DNA from: Pseudobdellovibrio sp.
GTDB taxonomy: Bacteria > Bdellovibrionota > Bdellovibrionia > Bdellovibrionales > Bdellovibrionaceae
Length of the DNA: 58,138 nucleotides
NCBI GenBank assembly: GCA_031970595.1
Contig: DALYIB010000001.1
Location: 1-58,138 of the forward strand
Reading direction: 5' to 3'
Within the stretch, counting starts at the first letter, position 1; every line of letters begins with the position of its first letter. The translations under genes were made by a program, and so were the position numbers. The notes under the pieces were generated by a model that searched no databases, was not told where the DNA came from, and was given only the letters and a program-made list of their open reading frames with translations. Shown in pieces: positions 19,187 to 28,845 of the stretch.

Positions 19187-20475
19187 CTGAGCTCGGCGTA
19201 TTCAGGAAAAACGTCAAAAAAGCTTAATCCGCGGCGCACTTTAATGTCAGAAGTAAATTGTTTAAAATCAGCTAAAATTTTTGGATTAAACTCATTGTTC
19301 TGTAATAACTTATCTTCAACAGCTTTTAGATGTGACAGATATCGATTCCAATGCTGATGAGAACTATTTGCATTGGGGATCACTTGGTGCTCAATAAATT
19401 CAACTATAGATTTTACATACTTTAGCATTTGATGGTCCGCTAAATCCAAAGATAAAAATTGAGGATATGAAATAATATTGTAATGAACTTCGATGACGAT
19501 ATTATTTTTTGTCTCTTGCTCTCGGATCCAGCGAATATATTTTTCTAATGTACTTAAACATAAAAAATTTATTGATGTTATCGTAGTAAATTTAATAGGC
19601 AGCTTAAGATCAAATAAATTTTGAAAATTTTTTAAAAATCTATCGAAGTCTAGGCCATTCCGAATATACTCGGCTTGCTGACCCCAAGATTCCATAGAAA
19701 CATTGATATTAACTGTAAATTTCTTGCTGATTTCTGGCAAAATTTTGACAAATTTATCAAAAAAAACAGCTGGGGTGTTTAAATTTGTAATTATATTCAA
19801 TTCTTGTTTGTTCATTCGAGGTTGATAGTTTTCTAAAAGCTTTTCTAGGATCAAATAGAAATTGCTAGAGATCAGTGGTTCCCCCCCCAGAAAGGCAATT
19901 CGATCAAATAAATATTTTTTTTCGCTAAAAAGCGCCCAAAACGTTTCTTCGAACAACGTTTGATGATTCTTTGAGTTCGGTTTAAAACTTGGAAAGTTTT
20001 TTTCGTATTCCATATTGCCGAACTTTTTATTTTCAGATTCCCACGAACTTGAAAAACGGTCGCTGCAATAAATACATTTTAGATCGCAAGTGTTACCTAA
20101 TTGAATGTCTAAATTATTTGGATGCTCAGAACGACTGAGGGACTCTAAGTCCGAGCTTTCGAATTCTTTGTTTTTAAAGTTAGTGGCGAATACATTTTTT
20201 TCCCAATCCTGATAGCTCGTTCTGTGACTGTTGAGACCTCGTTCTTCGATATCCCAACACTGCTTGCAATATTTCGTTTTGATTCCTTGAAGCATTTCTT
20301 TGCGAGCAGTACGTACAATTTCAGAATTTAAAAAAAATTGCGTGTCTTTGTTTTGCAAAACTTTTTCTGATGTCGATATGGGCGCAGCCTTGCAACACAT
20401 TCTAAATTCTTGTGTTCGAAAATCAACGACTAGATGATTCCAAAGATGTTCACATAGCAAATCTTTTTTGATCAC
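19174..20475 (-). CDS. Radical SAM protein with N-terminal twitch domain
   Basis: CEHLW...MCC...CKQCW, CDLKCIYC, GGEP and AEYIRNG motifs. Confidence 0.9.
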   Translation of the reverse strand: MIKKDLLCEHLWNHLVVDFRTQEFRMCCKAAPISTSEKVLQNKDTQFFLNSEIVRTARKEMLQGIKTKYCKQCWDIEERGLNSHRTSYQDWEKNVFATNFKNKEFESSDLESLSRSEHPNNLDIQLGNTCDLKCIYCSDRFSSSWESENKKFGNMEYEKNFPSFKPNSKNHQTLFEETFWALFSEKKYLFDRIAFLGGEPLISSNFYLILEKLLENYQPRMNKQELNIITNLNTPAVFFDKFVKILPEISKKFTVNINVSMESWGQQAEYIRNGLDFDRFLKNFQNLFDLKLPIKFTTITSINFLCLSTLEKYIRWIREQETKNNIVIEVHYNIISYPQFLSLDLADHQMLKYVKSIVEFIEHQVIPNANSSHQHWNRYLSHLKAVEDKLLQNNEFNPKILADFKQFTSDIKVRRGLSFFDVFPEYAELSYFK

Positions 20476-21797
20476 AACAACTCCATTTCGATGATTGATG
20501 CGATTTCGGGAAAAATATTTTTGAAATTTGTTTGCCTTAACAGATCGTTTTTCTGTAAAAAGAGGTGTAGCAGCTCTAGTTGTTTAATATCCACGGAATC
20601 ACGGCTGTTTAAATTTTTTTGTAGATTATTCAAATAGAGTAGGTATTCGTTGAAAAATTCTTTTTGTTTATCTGAAATCATTTTAGATTGTAGCTCAGAT
20701 TGCATGTATTCCGCTGCTTTAATTACATAATGACTTTGATTTTTTGAAAGAATCGATGGGTTCAACATGCTTGGGTCAGTCACCGTATTGCTGAGTATTT
20801 TTATATCTTTCTGAAATTTCTTATGCAGGCGGCTGATTTCTAGCAAAAACTGTTCTATCGTCGGTATCGCCAAAATATTCATTGTCGGCAATACTGCTAT
20901 TTCTAAATCTAAATTATTCAGTGACAGCAATTTTTCTATGTTAGATTCGATCAGTTTCCAATTTGTACCGAAACGAATATATTCTGTTTGCTTTCCGACG
21001 GATTCAAGCGAGACCTGAATCACAAATTTAAAGTTTTTGTTCATCTGCTGGGCTAGATCAATAAACTTATTTAAATATATATCATTGATGCTTAAATTGG
21101 TCGTAATACAAATTTCAGGCTTGTATTTTAATTGAGGCAGTCTATTTGCTATTTCGTTGATTTGAAATAAGCACTCGTACAGCTCGGGAATTAACAGTGG
21201 CTCTCCACCAATAAAGCCTATTCGATTCACAGTCTTCATTGCTTTATCTTCGAACCATTTCCAAAATAATTGATCAAGTCTTGAGTTTCTTTGCTTATCA
21301 AAATAGGTATCAGAAACAGATCTGGTTCTTTTTTTCTCTTGCAACCAAGATGTTGAATAAAACTCATTACAATAGACACATTTAGCATTGCACAGATTAG
21401 ATAAAACAATTTCAACAATATCCGGAGATGCATCCGCTGAAACTTTTTCCTTTTTTAATTCATTGTCGGCTAGGTTTTGTAGCGTTTCATTTTTTTCCAA
21501 GATACCAGATTTTTGCATCTGGAATTCAAAGTTGGAATACAATCTAGGGCTTTGAATTCCATTATCTTCCAGCTTCCAACAAGATATGCAGTCTTCGTGT
21601 CGAATACCTTCGAGCATCTCTAATCTGCGCTTTTGGAAATAATCCATTTTCGTAAAAACTTCGGCTTCATATTTATCTGCATTCTCTGGCGAAATATACT
21701 GGGCGGGTGTACGACAACAGTACCCCATGCTTTGATCAAACATATAATAAATAGGATATGACCAACGAAAGGAACATATCGAATTATTATTTTTCAT
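20472..21797 (-). CDS. Radical SAM protein with N-terminal twitch domain
   Basis: CSFRWSYP...CCRT...CISCW, CNAKCVYC and GGEP motifs. Confidence 0.9.
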   Translation of the reverse strand: MKNNNSICSFRWSYPIYYMFDQSMGYCCRTPAQYISPENADKYEAEVFTKMDYFQKRRLEMLEGIRHEDCISCWKLEDNGIQSPRLYSNFEFQMQKSGILEKNETLQNLADNELKKEKVSADASPDIVEIVLSNLCNAKCVYCNEFYSTSWLQEKKRTRSVSDTYFDKQRNSRLDQLFWKWFEDKAMKTVNRIGFIGGEPLLIPELYECLFQINEIANRLPQLKYKPEICITTNLSINDIYLNKFIDLAQQMNKNFKFVIQVSLESVGKQTEYIRFGTNWKLIESNIEKLLSLNNLDLEIAVLPTMNILAIPTIEQFLLEISRLHKKFQKDIKILSNTVTDPSMLNPSILSKNQSHYVIKAAEYMQSELQSKMISDKQKEFFNEYLLYLNNLQKNLNSRDSVDIKQLELLHLFLQKNDLLRQTNFKNIFPEIASIIEMELL

Positions 21798-23281
21798 TAT
21801 ACGATTTTTCCTTCTTCTAAGGCTCTTCTTTCGTAAAACATTTTTTCACACATGCGATAAAAGGGTTCAAGCTCTGGGAAGGTATGAAAAAAATTACAAC
21901 CTCGTCGTTCATCATTTTGATTAATAAATTTGAAAAATTCTATGCGCGAATCAATATCGTATTGAATGCGATGATCGCTTTTTAATGAATCATACAAGCC
22001 ATCAAGCAGATGTATTCTGAAGCTGTACCAGCTTCCGTAGTATCGTTGCGTACGAGAGATTCGATCATTTCTTTCTTCGTACTTTTTAACATAATCCGCT
22101 GCTTCTTTAACATACAAAGCATAATCCGGAGTCAAGATCATTGGATTGTGGTGTCTTGGAAAGCTGACGATGTTTTTCATGAGTCCAAATTCAAAATCAA
22201 GCTCTTCATTCATTTCGTTAACCCACATAACAAATTCAGGAAGGCTTGTAATGCTAAAGGCATTAATGGCCATCTGAAAGCCCATCGAAAATTGATCTTG
22301 ATTCAGATTTAATTTCTTAGCTTCTTTAACCATTCGGCGAACATTGTTTTCTAAGGTGGACCATTTTAATCCAAAGCGAATATATTCTGCACGATTGTAC
22401 ATCGCTTCTACGCTGGGTTGTAATCTGAATAAAAAATGATTTGAAAGCTCTGGCAAAAATGAAACTAACCGATCTATCGCTGCCGTTGAGCTGTTCATGT
22501 TTGATATCACGCCCAACTCCACTTTCGGTCGATCTTTTTTTCCCAAATCGCTATAGGCGTCTATCAGTTTTTGAAGAACATCGTAAAACCCAGGAATGTA
22601 TGTGGGCTCGCCCCCCAGAATATTAATAGTTTCCACGCTGTGTCTGGCTACATCATAAAACCATTCCCAAAAAATTTTACTTAATCCCTCGGGCGCTTGC
22701 GGAAACATTTTTTTGTATTCATCCTGAGTCAAATCACCATATTTAATCATTTCCTGTGCCCACAAAGTACTATAGTGGGGAGAACAATAAGTGCATTTCA
22801 GATTGCAGGTATTTCCCAGAACAATTTCCAACATTTCCGGGTGATGACTTTTTAAAAGCGGGCTGTTAATATCAATATTTTTACCCAGTTCTGCTAAGGT
22901 TTCTTCAAATGTGCGACCATTTGATTTTCCCAATCCTTGCTTAAGCCAATAATCAACAAACCATCCTTTAACGCCACTACGAGGTGCCGGCACACCATTT
23001 TTTTCTAATCTTAAGCAACTGGCGCAATCCTCGTGCGTGATCCCTTGAATTTTTTCAAGCCGTCTTTCAAGCTCGTAAGGAAGGTTCATGATCGCATCTT
23101 GTTTGTATGTATCTAGATCTTGTTGAGTAATGACTTGTTTAGGTGTGCGACAACAATTTCTGATATGTCCGCTCATTAAATTTACAATAGGATAATCCCA
23201 CTTAAAACGACAAAGAACGTTTTCAGCACCTATGTTTATACCAAATTCAGAATTGGTTTCTGTTTTATCAATATTTGACAT
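21797..23281 (-). CDS. Radical SAM protein with N-terminal twitch domain
   Basis: CRFKWDYP...CCRT...CASC, CNLKCTYC, GGEP and AEYIRFG motifs. Confidence 0.9.
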   Translation of the reverse strand: MSNIDKTETNSEFGINIGAENVLCRFKWDYPIVNLMSGHIRNCCRTPKQVITQQDLDTYKQDAIMNLPYELERRLEKIQGITHEDCASCLRLEKNGVPAPRSGVKGWFVDYWLKQGLGKSNGRTFEETLAELGKNIDINSPLLKSHHPEMLEIVLGNTCNLKCTYCSPHYSTLWAQEMIKYGDLTQDEYKKMFPQAPEGLSKIFWEWFYDVARHSVETINILGGEPTYIPGFYDVLQKLIDAYSDLGKKDRPKVELGVISNMNSSTAAIDRLVSFLPELSNHFLFRLQPSVEAMYNRAEYIRFGLKWSTLENNVRRMVKEAKKLNLNQDQFSMGFQMAINAFSITSLPEFVMWVNEMNEELDFEFGLMKNIVSFPRHHNPMILTPDYALYVKEAADYVKKYEERNDRISRTQRYYGSWYSFRIHLLDGLYDSLKSDHRIQYDIDSRIEFFKFINQNDERRGCNFFHTFPELEPFYRMCEKMFYERRALEEGKIV

Positions 23282-23303
23282 GACAACCTTTTAAAAATTC
23301 AAC

Positions 23304-24359
23304 TTAAGTTGGCACAACTCCATTACCAAATAATTCAAAATCTTCCGGCTCATAGCCTTCTTTAATTTGATCGCCCATTTTACCATCGCGAATAGGTACG
23401 AAAGCCCAAGTACAATATTCTTTAAATCCTGGAATGCTGAGAATCTGGCTTTGCAGCTCCAAGGCCTGTGGCCGACGACCTGGAGCCATCATTAGCTTTA
23501 CTTCTAGATGTCCGACACCTTGATTCTTATTTAAAATTTTTTCCTCTGTAACTGCAGCAACTACGTTTACAAATTTTTCTATGTTAACAAATTCAAAGTG
23601 TGCACTCAGATTTAAATCACCATAGTGAATAAGCTCTCTGTAATAAGCGGGCAAGCGACTTCCATTAGAATGCATGCTGAGGTAATGCCCCATTGAAGAA
23701 ACGTATCTTACCCAGTCTAAAAAATCAGGATTCAAAGACGGCTCACCGCCTGAAATGATAAAATTAACTCTTGCACCTTTAGCAAACTTTAAAATAACTT
23801 TTTCAGTGGCTGTGATTAATTCTTGCAAAGTTTTATGGCGGTCAACTTTGTTATGAATCCAAGGCCAGCAATAACTACAATCATAATTACAGCGGCGGCC
23901 AATTTCCCAGTAAACTTGTTTCAAATTAGATGCGTGCGTTCTTTCTAATGCAAAAATTTGCGGCGACGCCAATTCTTGATCGGCACGTTTTTCCAAAACA
24001 GGTGGCTGGCCGTTTGTTTTTAACAAAAGTTGACCATGCTGTTCCGTTTTCGCTTTTGGTATGAATAGATCCGAACCACATGAGCAGCTTTTTTTAGTAC
24101 ATAGCAACCATTTGTCGGGAATTTCAAAGTCTTCGTATATATTTCCTAATTTTCCACCGACTTTACAAGAGGCGCCGTAGATGTCCCCGTCCATATTGAC
24201 AAAAATACTGTCGGTTCCAACGCCACAACTCCAACCTTCAAAAAAGTTAAGTCTTTTTCCAACTAAATCATCTGTGCTGAAATCCGAAAAAGATCCATCT
24301 TCATTATAGGCGCGAATCGGACGACCTGGACTGATATCGTAATTTTTATGATTTGCCAC
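23304..24359 (-). CDS. Radical SAM protein with N-terminal Cys-rich SPASM/twitch-like domain (permuted relative to upstream gene)
   Basis: GTG start at 24359 after GAGGG. N-terminal GWSCGVG...SCKVGG...CTKKSCSC, then CNYDCSYC and SGGEP. Confidence 0.88.
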   Translation of the reverse strand: MANHKNYDISPGRPIRAYNEDGSFSDFSTDDLVGKRLNFFEGWSCGVGTDSIFVNMDGDIYGASCKVGGKLGNIYEDFEIPDKWLLCTKKSCSCGSDLFIPKAKTEQHGQLLLKTNGQPPVLEKRADQELASPQIFALERTHASNLKQVYWEIGRRCNYDCSYCWPWIHNKVDRHKTLQELITATEKVILKFAKGARVNFIISGGEPSLNPDFLDWVRYVSSMGHYLSMHSNGSRLPAYYRELIHYGDLNLSAHFEFVNIEKFVNVVAAVTEEKILNKNQGVGHLEVKLMMAPGRRPQALELQSQILSIPGFKEYCTWAFVPIRDGKMGDQIKEGYEPEDFELFGNGVVPT

Positions 24360-24369
24360 TTTACTGCCC

Positions 24370-25338
24370 TCAAATATTTTTTTCTTTAGTTGCCATAATG
24401 TCCAAATTACAGTGACATTTTTTAATCGGGCAAACGATAGGTTTTTCAGGTAAATTAAGTTCTTTATCAAAGATTTTTCCAATTGGCCCCCCCGCCAAGC
24501 ACCAGCCGCGATATATTGTTCCACCCATATCAATTACAATTTGTTCTAAACCGACGTGGCAATTCCAGCCTTGCCAGCTATTTTCTCCGGAAGAAATAAA
24601 TCTTTGCGGAGCAATTGCCTTTTTTTCTCCGTCCGCCATCACCATTGCCATGGCACCGCGATAGTACTCGTAATCTTTTGTATATTTAATATGCTTCACT
24701 AATAATTCGTGCTGATTATTCATCGCCTTACTTTGTAATTCATTATAGTCGTACATGGCGCCATTCAAGCCTTCCATCAACGGCTGTAAAGCAATACTGA
24801 TATTTGGAATATTTTTAATTCTCATAGCAAAAGACAAACATTTGTTAAAAACATCTGGTTTCATCATGAAATTGACATGTGTTCGGATGCGATCAGCAAA
24901 AAACTCGACAACGGAATAAAAGTGATCCTCATTAGCGCTTTCGGGATGAAAGCTTAAGCAAATATGGTCAATTTTATCTACCAACTTAGAAAAAAACTCC
25001 ATCGATCGCGAGCCGTTTGAAATAATTCCTACCTTGCATTGCTTTTCTCGTAAATAGTCTAGAACGCGCGGTAGCCCCTTCCATAAAGAAACCTCTCCGC
25101 CAGTCAGTTCAAAATAAATTTTTTTGCCAACATAGTGATTTGTAACTTTGTCTATAAACTGGATAACAACATCCTCATCGGGCCATGGCGTTTTAGCATT
25201 GTGTAAATCATCAGGACAATAGGAGCAGCTGTAATTACATGTGTTGCCCATGCACCAGTTCACAACAACGTAATTCTTGTGATCTAAATTTCTGTGCTCT
25301 AAACGAATATAATTCGAATTTGATAGATCGAGTTCCAT
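24370..25338 (-). CDS. Radical SAM protein with C-terminal Cys-rich SPASM/twitch-like domain
   Basis: CNYSCSYC and TGGE motifs; C-terminal GWNCHVG...WCLAGG...CPIKKCHC; AAGGA RBS. Confidence 0.9.
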   Translation of the reverse strand: MELDLSNSNYIRLEHRNLDHKNYVVVNWCMGNTCNYSCSYCPDDLHNAKTPWPDEDVVIQFIDKVTNHYVGKKIYFELTGGEVSLWKGLPRVLDYLREKQCKVGIISNGSRSMEFFSKLVDKIDHICLSFHPESANEDHFYSVVEFFADRIRTHVNFMMKPDVFNKCLSFAMRIKNIPNISIALQPLMEGLNGAMYDYNELQSKAMNNQHELLVKHIKYTKDYEYYRGAMAMVMADGEKKAIAPQRFISSGENSWQGWNCHVGLEQIVIDMGGTIYRGWCLAGGPIGKIFDKELNLPEKPIVCPIKKCHCNLDIMATKEKNI

Positions 25339-25548
25339 TAATCTTCCTTGTATTGATCATTAAAATATATACATATTTATTTTTAGAATCAACCTCGGTA
25401 CTTGGTAAACGACATACGTTTTGGTGAGATTCCCTCAGTGCGTTAGAAAGCAGCTACGGCATCATTTGCGTTGTAAATTCGAATCATTTTCACATAACCT
25501 ATAGCTGTATGTACTTTACATTGTGTTTAATTTTAATACGCCTCAAAC

Positions 25549-26991
25549 ATGTCGACAGATAATACTTTTAAAGAAATTTTTCCTCATTCTAACGCCTGTG
25601 TATTTCAATGGAATTATCCAATCATCAATTTGGGACGAAATGAATACAGAAACTGCTGCCGAACAGGCCCCTCTAGCAGGCTCAACGAAGCTGATTTAAA
25701 AAAACATGGATCTCAACTTATCCTCAACTCGCCTGATGAGCGCGAAAAAAGAGCGCGCATGCTTTTGGGCGAAAAAATATCTAGTTGCTCTTCTTGCTGG
25801 AGACTTGAGGAAAAGAACATGCTTTCCCCACGAGTCGATCATAGTTTCTTTCCACATGAATTAGAAGAAAGTGCCGACGACATCTTAAAGCTTAAAGCCG
25901 CAAAAACAATCGATGAAAAAGTCAAAATCTTGTCAAACAGCAGCCTGACCTATTCTAAAAAAGTCAATATGCTGGAAATAAGCTTGAAAAACACATGTGA
26001 CATGCAATGCATGTACTGCAGTCATCACTACAGCTCAAAATGGGCTACTGATAAAATCAAGCGCAGAGAGATTTTGCCTTATCAAATGTCTTTTGAACTA
26101 CCTAAAGCACATCCGGAATTTAAAGAGCAGCTTACTAAGTGGTTTAAAGAAGAAGGCGCTCACACAGTTAATTATATTAATTTTATCGGTGGAGAACCGA
26201 CTCTTATTGAAGATTATTATGAGTTATCCCTCTTGTATGGAGAAGTTTTAGCTAAATTAGAGCGAAAACATGTCACTATTTCTGTAGTGACAAATTTAAA
26301 CTGTACTCCCAAGGTGATGGAGAAATTTTGTCAGCATTTGGTTAAATTATCAGAATATTTTTCATATGTTGATATCAATGTTTCCATGGAAGCCTTTGGA
26401 ACACGAGCCGAATATATTCGCAAAGAATTAAATTGGGATCGTTGGATGCGAAATCTTGAAACTCTATTAAAGTTGCCGATTAAAAATGGTTGCGTGTCAG
26501 CTCAAATGGCGACAAACATACTGAGTATTTCAACTCTGCCAGACTTATTAAAGCTCTATGGAGATTTAGCAACTAAGTACTCTTTTCCGATCCACTTAAG
26601 ACAAAATGTCGTCACAGATCCTGCGGCCCATTCTCCGATGCTTTTGACATCTGATTTTTCAATTTATTTAGAAAAAGCTATTGATATTATTAATGAATAT
26701 AGTGTGTTCGCAGATAGTTTGGCTATATCTGAATCTGAAAAAAACTATCGCTCTTGGCACAAGTATCAAATTTTTTTAAACCAGTTGAAATCGACGATTG
26801 ATGGTCGACAGCACCTCAGCCGGTCTGAAAAAAAGATCATTTCGTCGTTTTTCAATCGTCACGATAATCGCCAAGCGCAATCCATCTATACCGTTTTCCC
26901 CGAGTATTCTGAATTCTTTGCGGCCTGCTCAGTAAAAAACAGCCAACTCAGACGTGATATTATAAAGAAAATTAAAAATATTTTTAATTAA
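25549..26991 (+). CDS. Radical SAM protein with N-terminal twitch domain
   Basis: CVFQWNYP...CCRT...CSSCW, CDMQCMYC, GGEP and AEYIR motifs. Confidence 0.9.
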   Translation: MSTDNTFKEIFPHSNACVFQWNYPIINLGRNEYRNCCRTGPSSRLNEADLKKHGSQLILNSPDEREKRARMLLGEKISSCSSCWRLEEKNMLSPRVDHSFFPHELEESADDILKLKAAKTIDEKVKILSNSSLTYSKKVNMLEISLKNTCDMQCMYCSHHYSSKWATDKIKRREILPYQMSFELPKAHPEFKEQLTKWFKEEGAHTVNYINFIGGEPTLIEDYYELSLLYGEVLAKLERKHVTISVVTNLNCTPKVMEKFCQHLVKLSEYFSYVDINVSMEAFGTRAEYIRKELNWDRWMRNLETLLKLPIKNGCVSAQMATNILSISTLPDLLKLYGDLATKYSFPIHLRQNVVTDPAAHSPMLLTSDFSIYLEKAIDIINEYSVFADSLAISESEKNYRSWHKYQIFLNQLKSTIDGRQHLSRSEKKIISSFFNRHDNRQAQSIYTVFPEYSEFFAACSVKNSQLRRDIIKKIKNIFN

Positions 26992-28679
26992 TTTATTTTT
27001 AAAATTTGCTCCGCATCCAATGTGCTTAGCTCTGGCGGCAGTAGTTTCTTCGAAACCATATATTTATAAATAATGTAGGCAATAACCTTGTGGCCTTTTT
27101 CACTCGGATGAGAGTCTTTAATCCCATACGTTTGAATGAAAAAACTTTCAACATCAGATGGGTCTGATTCAATTGCTTTCATAAAACTGCTGTGCGTATC
27201 TAAAAAGAGAGCGCTCTGATCGATAGCCGCGCTTTCGTTAGCCTCATTGACAGTCGGGGCCTCGGCTCGATCTCGAATCCAATGATAATTTTGCACAACA
27301 AGAGGTACACCTAATTCTTTCATTTTTTGTATAATGCGAATTGTATCCCAGCGAATCCAACCGAACAAAGCTTGGCTTTCGCTGTGTTCTTGATCGAAAA
27401 AATATTTTTCATCCGGAAATCGAACAGGAAATTTTTGAATGATTTCTTTGGCCATTTGCTGAGATATTTTATCGTAGTTTTTTTCTGAGGCTATTTCCAA
27501 AATCGCTGATTTTAAATTCCCTTTAAACGAAAAAGGATTGGCTTTAAAAGTCTCTAAAAGGGTGATGTTCGCTTCGGAGTAATCTGCCAAAGCCCTTCTT
27601 TGATAATTTGCAGACTCGAGAGCTATGACTGTAAATATCTTGAAGTAGTTATGGCTTTCGCTAATTAACTGGTAATCTAATCCCAGACGAGCTTGGCCGG
27701 TTCGTTCGCCAATAATAGCATACCTATAAATTTCTTCGATGCGTTTTTCCCCAGGAAAATCAGCTCTGCTTTGAAGCTGCTGGAATAAAGATTGAGCCTT
27801 CGATTCCTCTGCCGAATTTAATTTTGCCTGCTGTTTTATTTGTCTCAGAAAAAAATAAGAATACATGTCAAAACTCAAGGGTTGAAACTGAATACTTTTG
27901 GAAACTAAATCAAACGCAACTGAAGGGTTGCTGTAAGCATGAAACTCGAGGCGGGCCAGGCAATACAAAACAGCTCTCCACGCTTCTTGGGGTGGATTAT
28001 TTTCATTTTTCTGAATAAATCTTTGCAGCGCTAATCGAAGCCTGTCCGACTGGGCATTCTGCTGTCTTAGCTCAAAAAAAACTTTTTCTACGGCGGCGAT
28101 TTCTTTGTAAACCAGAAATTCATCCTCTTGCTCTTCAGATAAATAACTTTTTCGACTGAGATCGCGAAAGCTCATTATCCATCGAATGGTTTTAGAAAAT
28201 TCCCCTGCTTTAACTAAGAAGTTCAAAGCCGAGTTTCTAGGAGGTTTATTTTTTTCAATAGCGTATTCGTTATAACCATTTTTATTCCAAATATTTGGCT
28301 CTCCGGACATAATAAACGCTAGATTTGGTTTGGTTTCGGCAACAATCTTGTCTAAGTCTTTGTAAATTTCAAAAGTATTTGCGTTGGGAACGCCCCCATT
28401 ATGTACAACAACTTGTAAAGAACTATTTTTTAAATTCTGATCAAAGAATTTTTGTAAGACTCCGGGATAGGCATTTTCTTTTTTGACACCGGCTCCAAAA
28501 GTATGAGAGTTTCCTAAAAAAAGGATGCTCCACTTTTGATCTTTATTCATAGGGTTGGTTTTATTTATTTGTCTATCGCTTTGAAAATAATAAAAAGCCC
28601 TAAAAAAAAGTTCAGAAACGAAAAAAGTAAAAATGATTCCTAAAAAAAATACGATTGTTTTTTTATAAATCTTATTCAT
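26988..28679 (-). CDS. Membrane-anchored SGNH/GDSL hydrolase-family protein with helical insertion
   Basis: N-terminal TM; block I FLGNSHTFG, block II NGG, C-terminal DSHP; long helical region between them. Confidence 0.8.
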   Translation of the reverse strand: MNKIYKKTIVFFLGIIFTFFVSELFFRAFYYFQSDRQINKTNPMNKDQKWSILFLGNSHTFGAGVKKENAYPGVLQKFFDQNLKNSSLQVVVHNGGVPNANTFEIYKDLDKIVAETKPNLAFIMSGEPNIWNKNGYNEYAIEKNKPPRNSALNFLVKAGEFSKTIRWIMSFRDLSRKSYLSEEQEDEFLVYKEIAAVEKVFFELRQQNAQSDRLRLALQRFIQKNENNPPQEAWRAVLYCLARLEFHAYSNPSVAFDLVSKSIQFQPLSFDMYSYFFLRQIKQQAKLNSAEESKAQSLFQQLQSRADFPGEKRIEEIYRYAIIGERTGQARLGLDYQLISESHNYFKIFTVIALESANYQRRALADYSEANITLLETFKANPFSFKGNLKSAILEIASEKNYDKISQQMAKEIIQKFPVRFPDEKYFFDQEHSESQALFGWIRWDTIRIIQKMKELGVPLVVQNYHWIRDRAEAPTVNEANESAAIDQSALFLDTHSSFMKAIESDPSDVESFFIQTYGIKDSHPSEKGHKVIAYIIYKYMVSKKLLPPELSTLDAEQILKIN

Positions 28680-28845
28680 ATAAATTCCATATACAGAGTT
28701 AAATATACTTTTTATTGTAACTATTAATACACAACCAGTAAATATTTGGCTTTATATCTGGCCTAACATATATATAAATAGAATGGACTTGCTTTAACCG
28801 AATTTGATTTAATAAAATAGACATTACATCTTGATAGGTCTGTTG

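Noticed and set aside
16998..19674. Repeated 14-mer CGAATATACTCGGC at about 16998 and 19661
   Set aside because: It is explained by the shared AEYIR protein motif of paralogous radical SAM genes, not a DNA element.
24360..24533. N-terminal 58 codons of the 409-aa ORF in the track
   Set aside because: They overlap the conserved C-terminus of the upstream gene. A GTG with an RBS at 24359 is the better start.
25339..25548. RiPP precursor peptide or ncRNA between the divergent radical SAM genes (also checked 17879-18013)
   Set aside because: Only very short ORFs without convincing features were found (e.g. minus-strand MIRIYNANDAVAAF), and no recognisable RNA structure.
16496..26991. Thienamycin-type cobalamin-dependent radical SAM methylases (ThnK/L/P)
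   Set aside because: No N-terminal B12-binding domain is visible; the non-core modules are Cys-rich twitch/SPASM-like.
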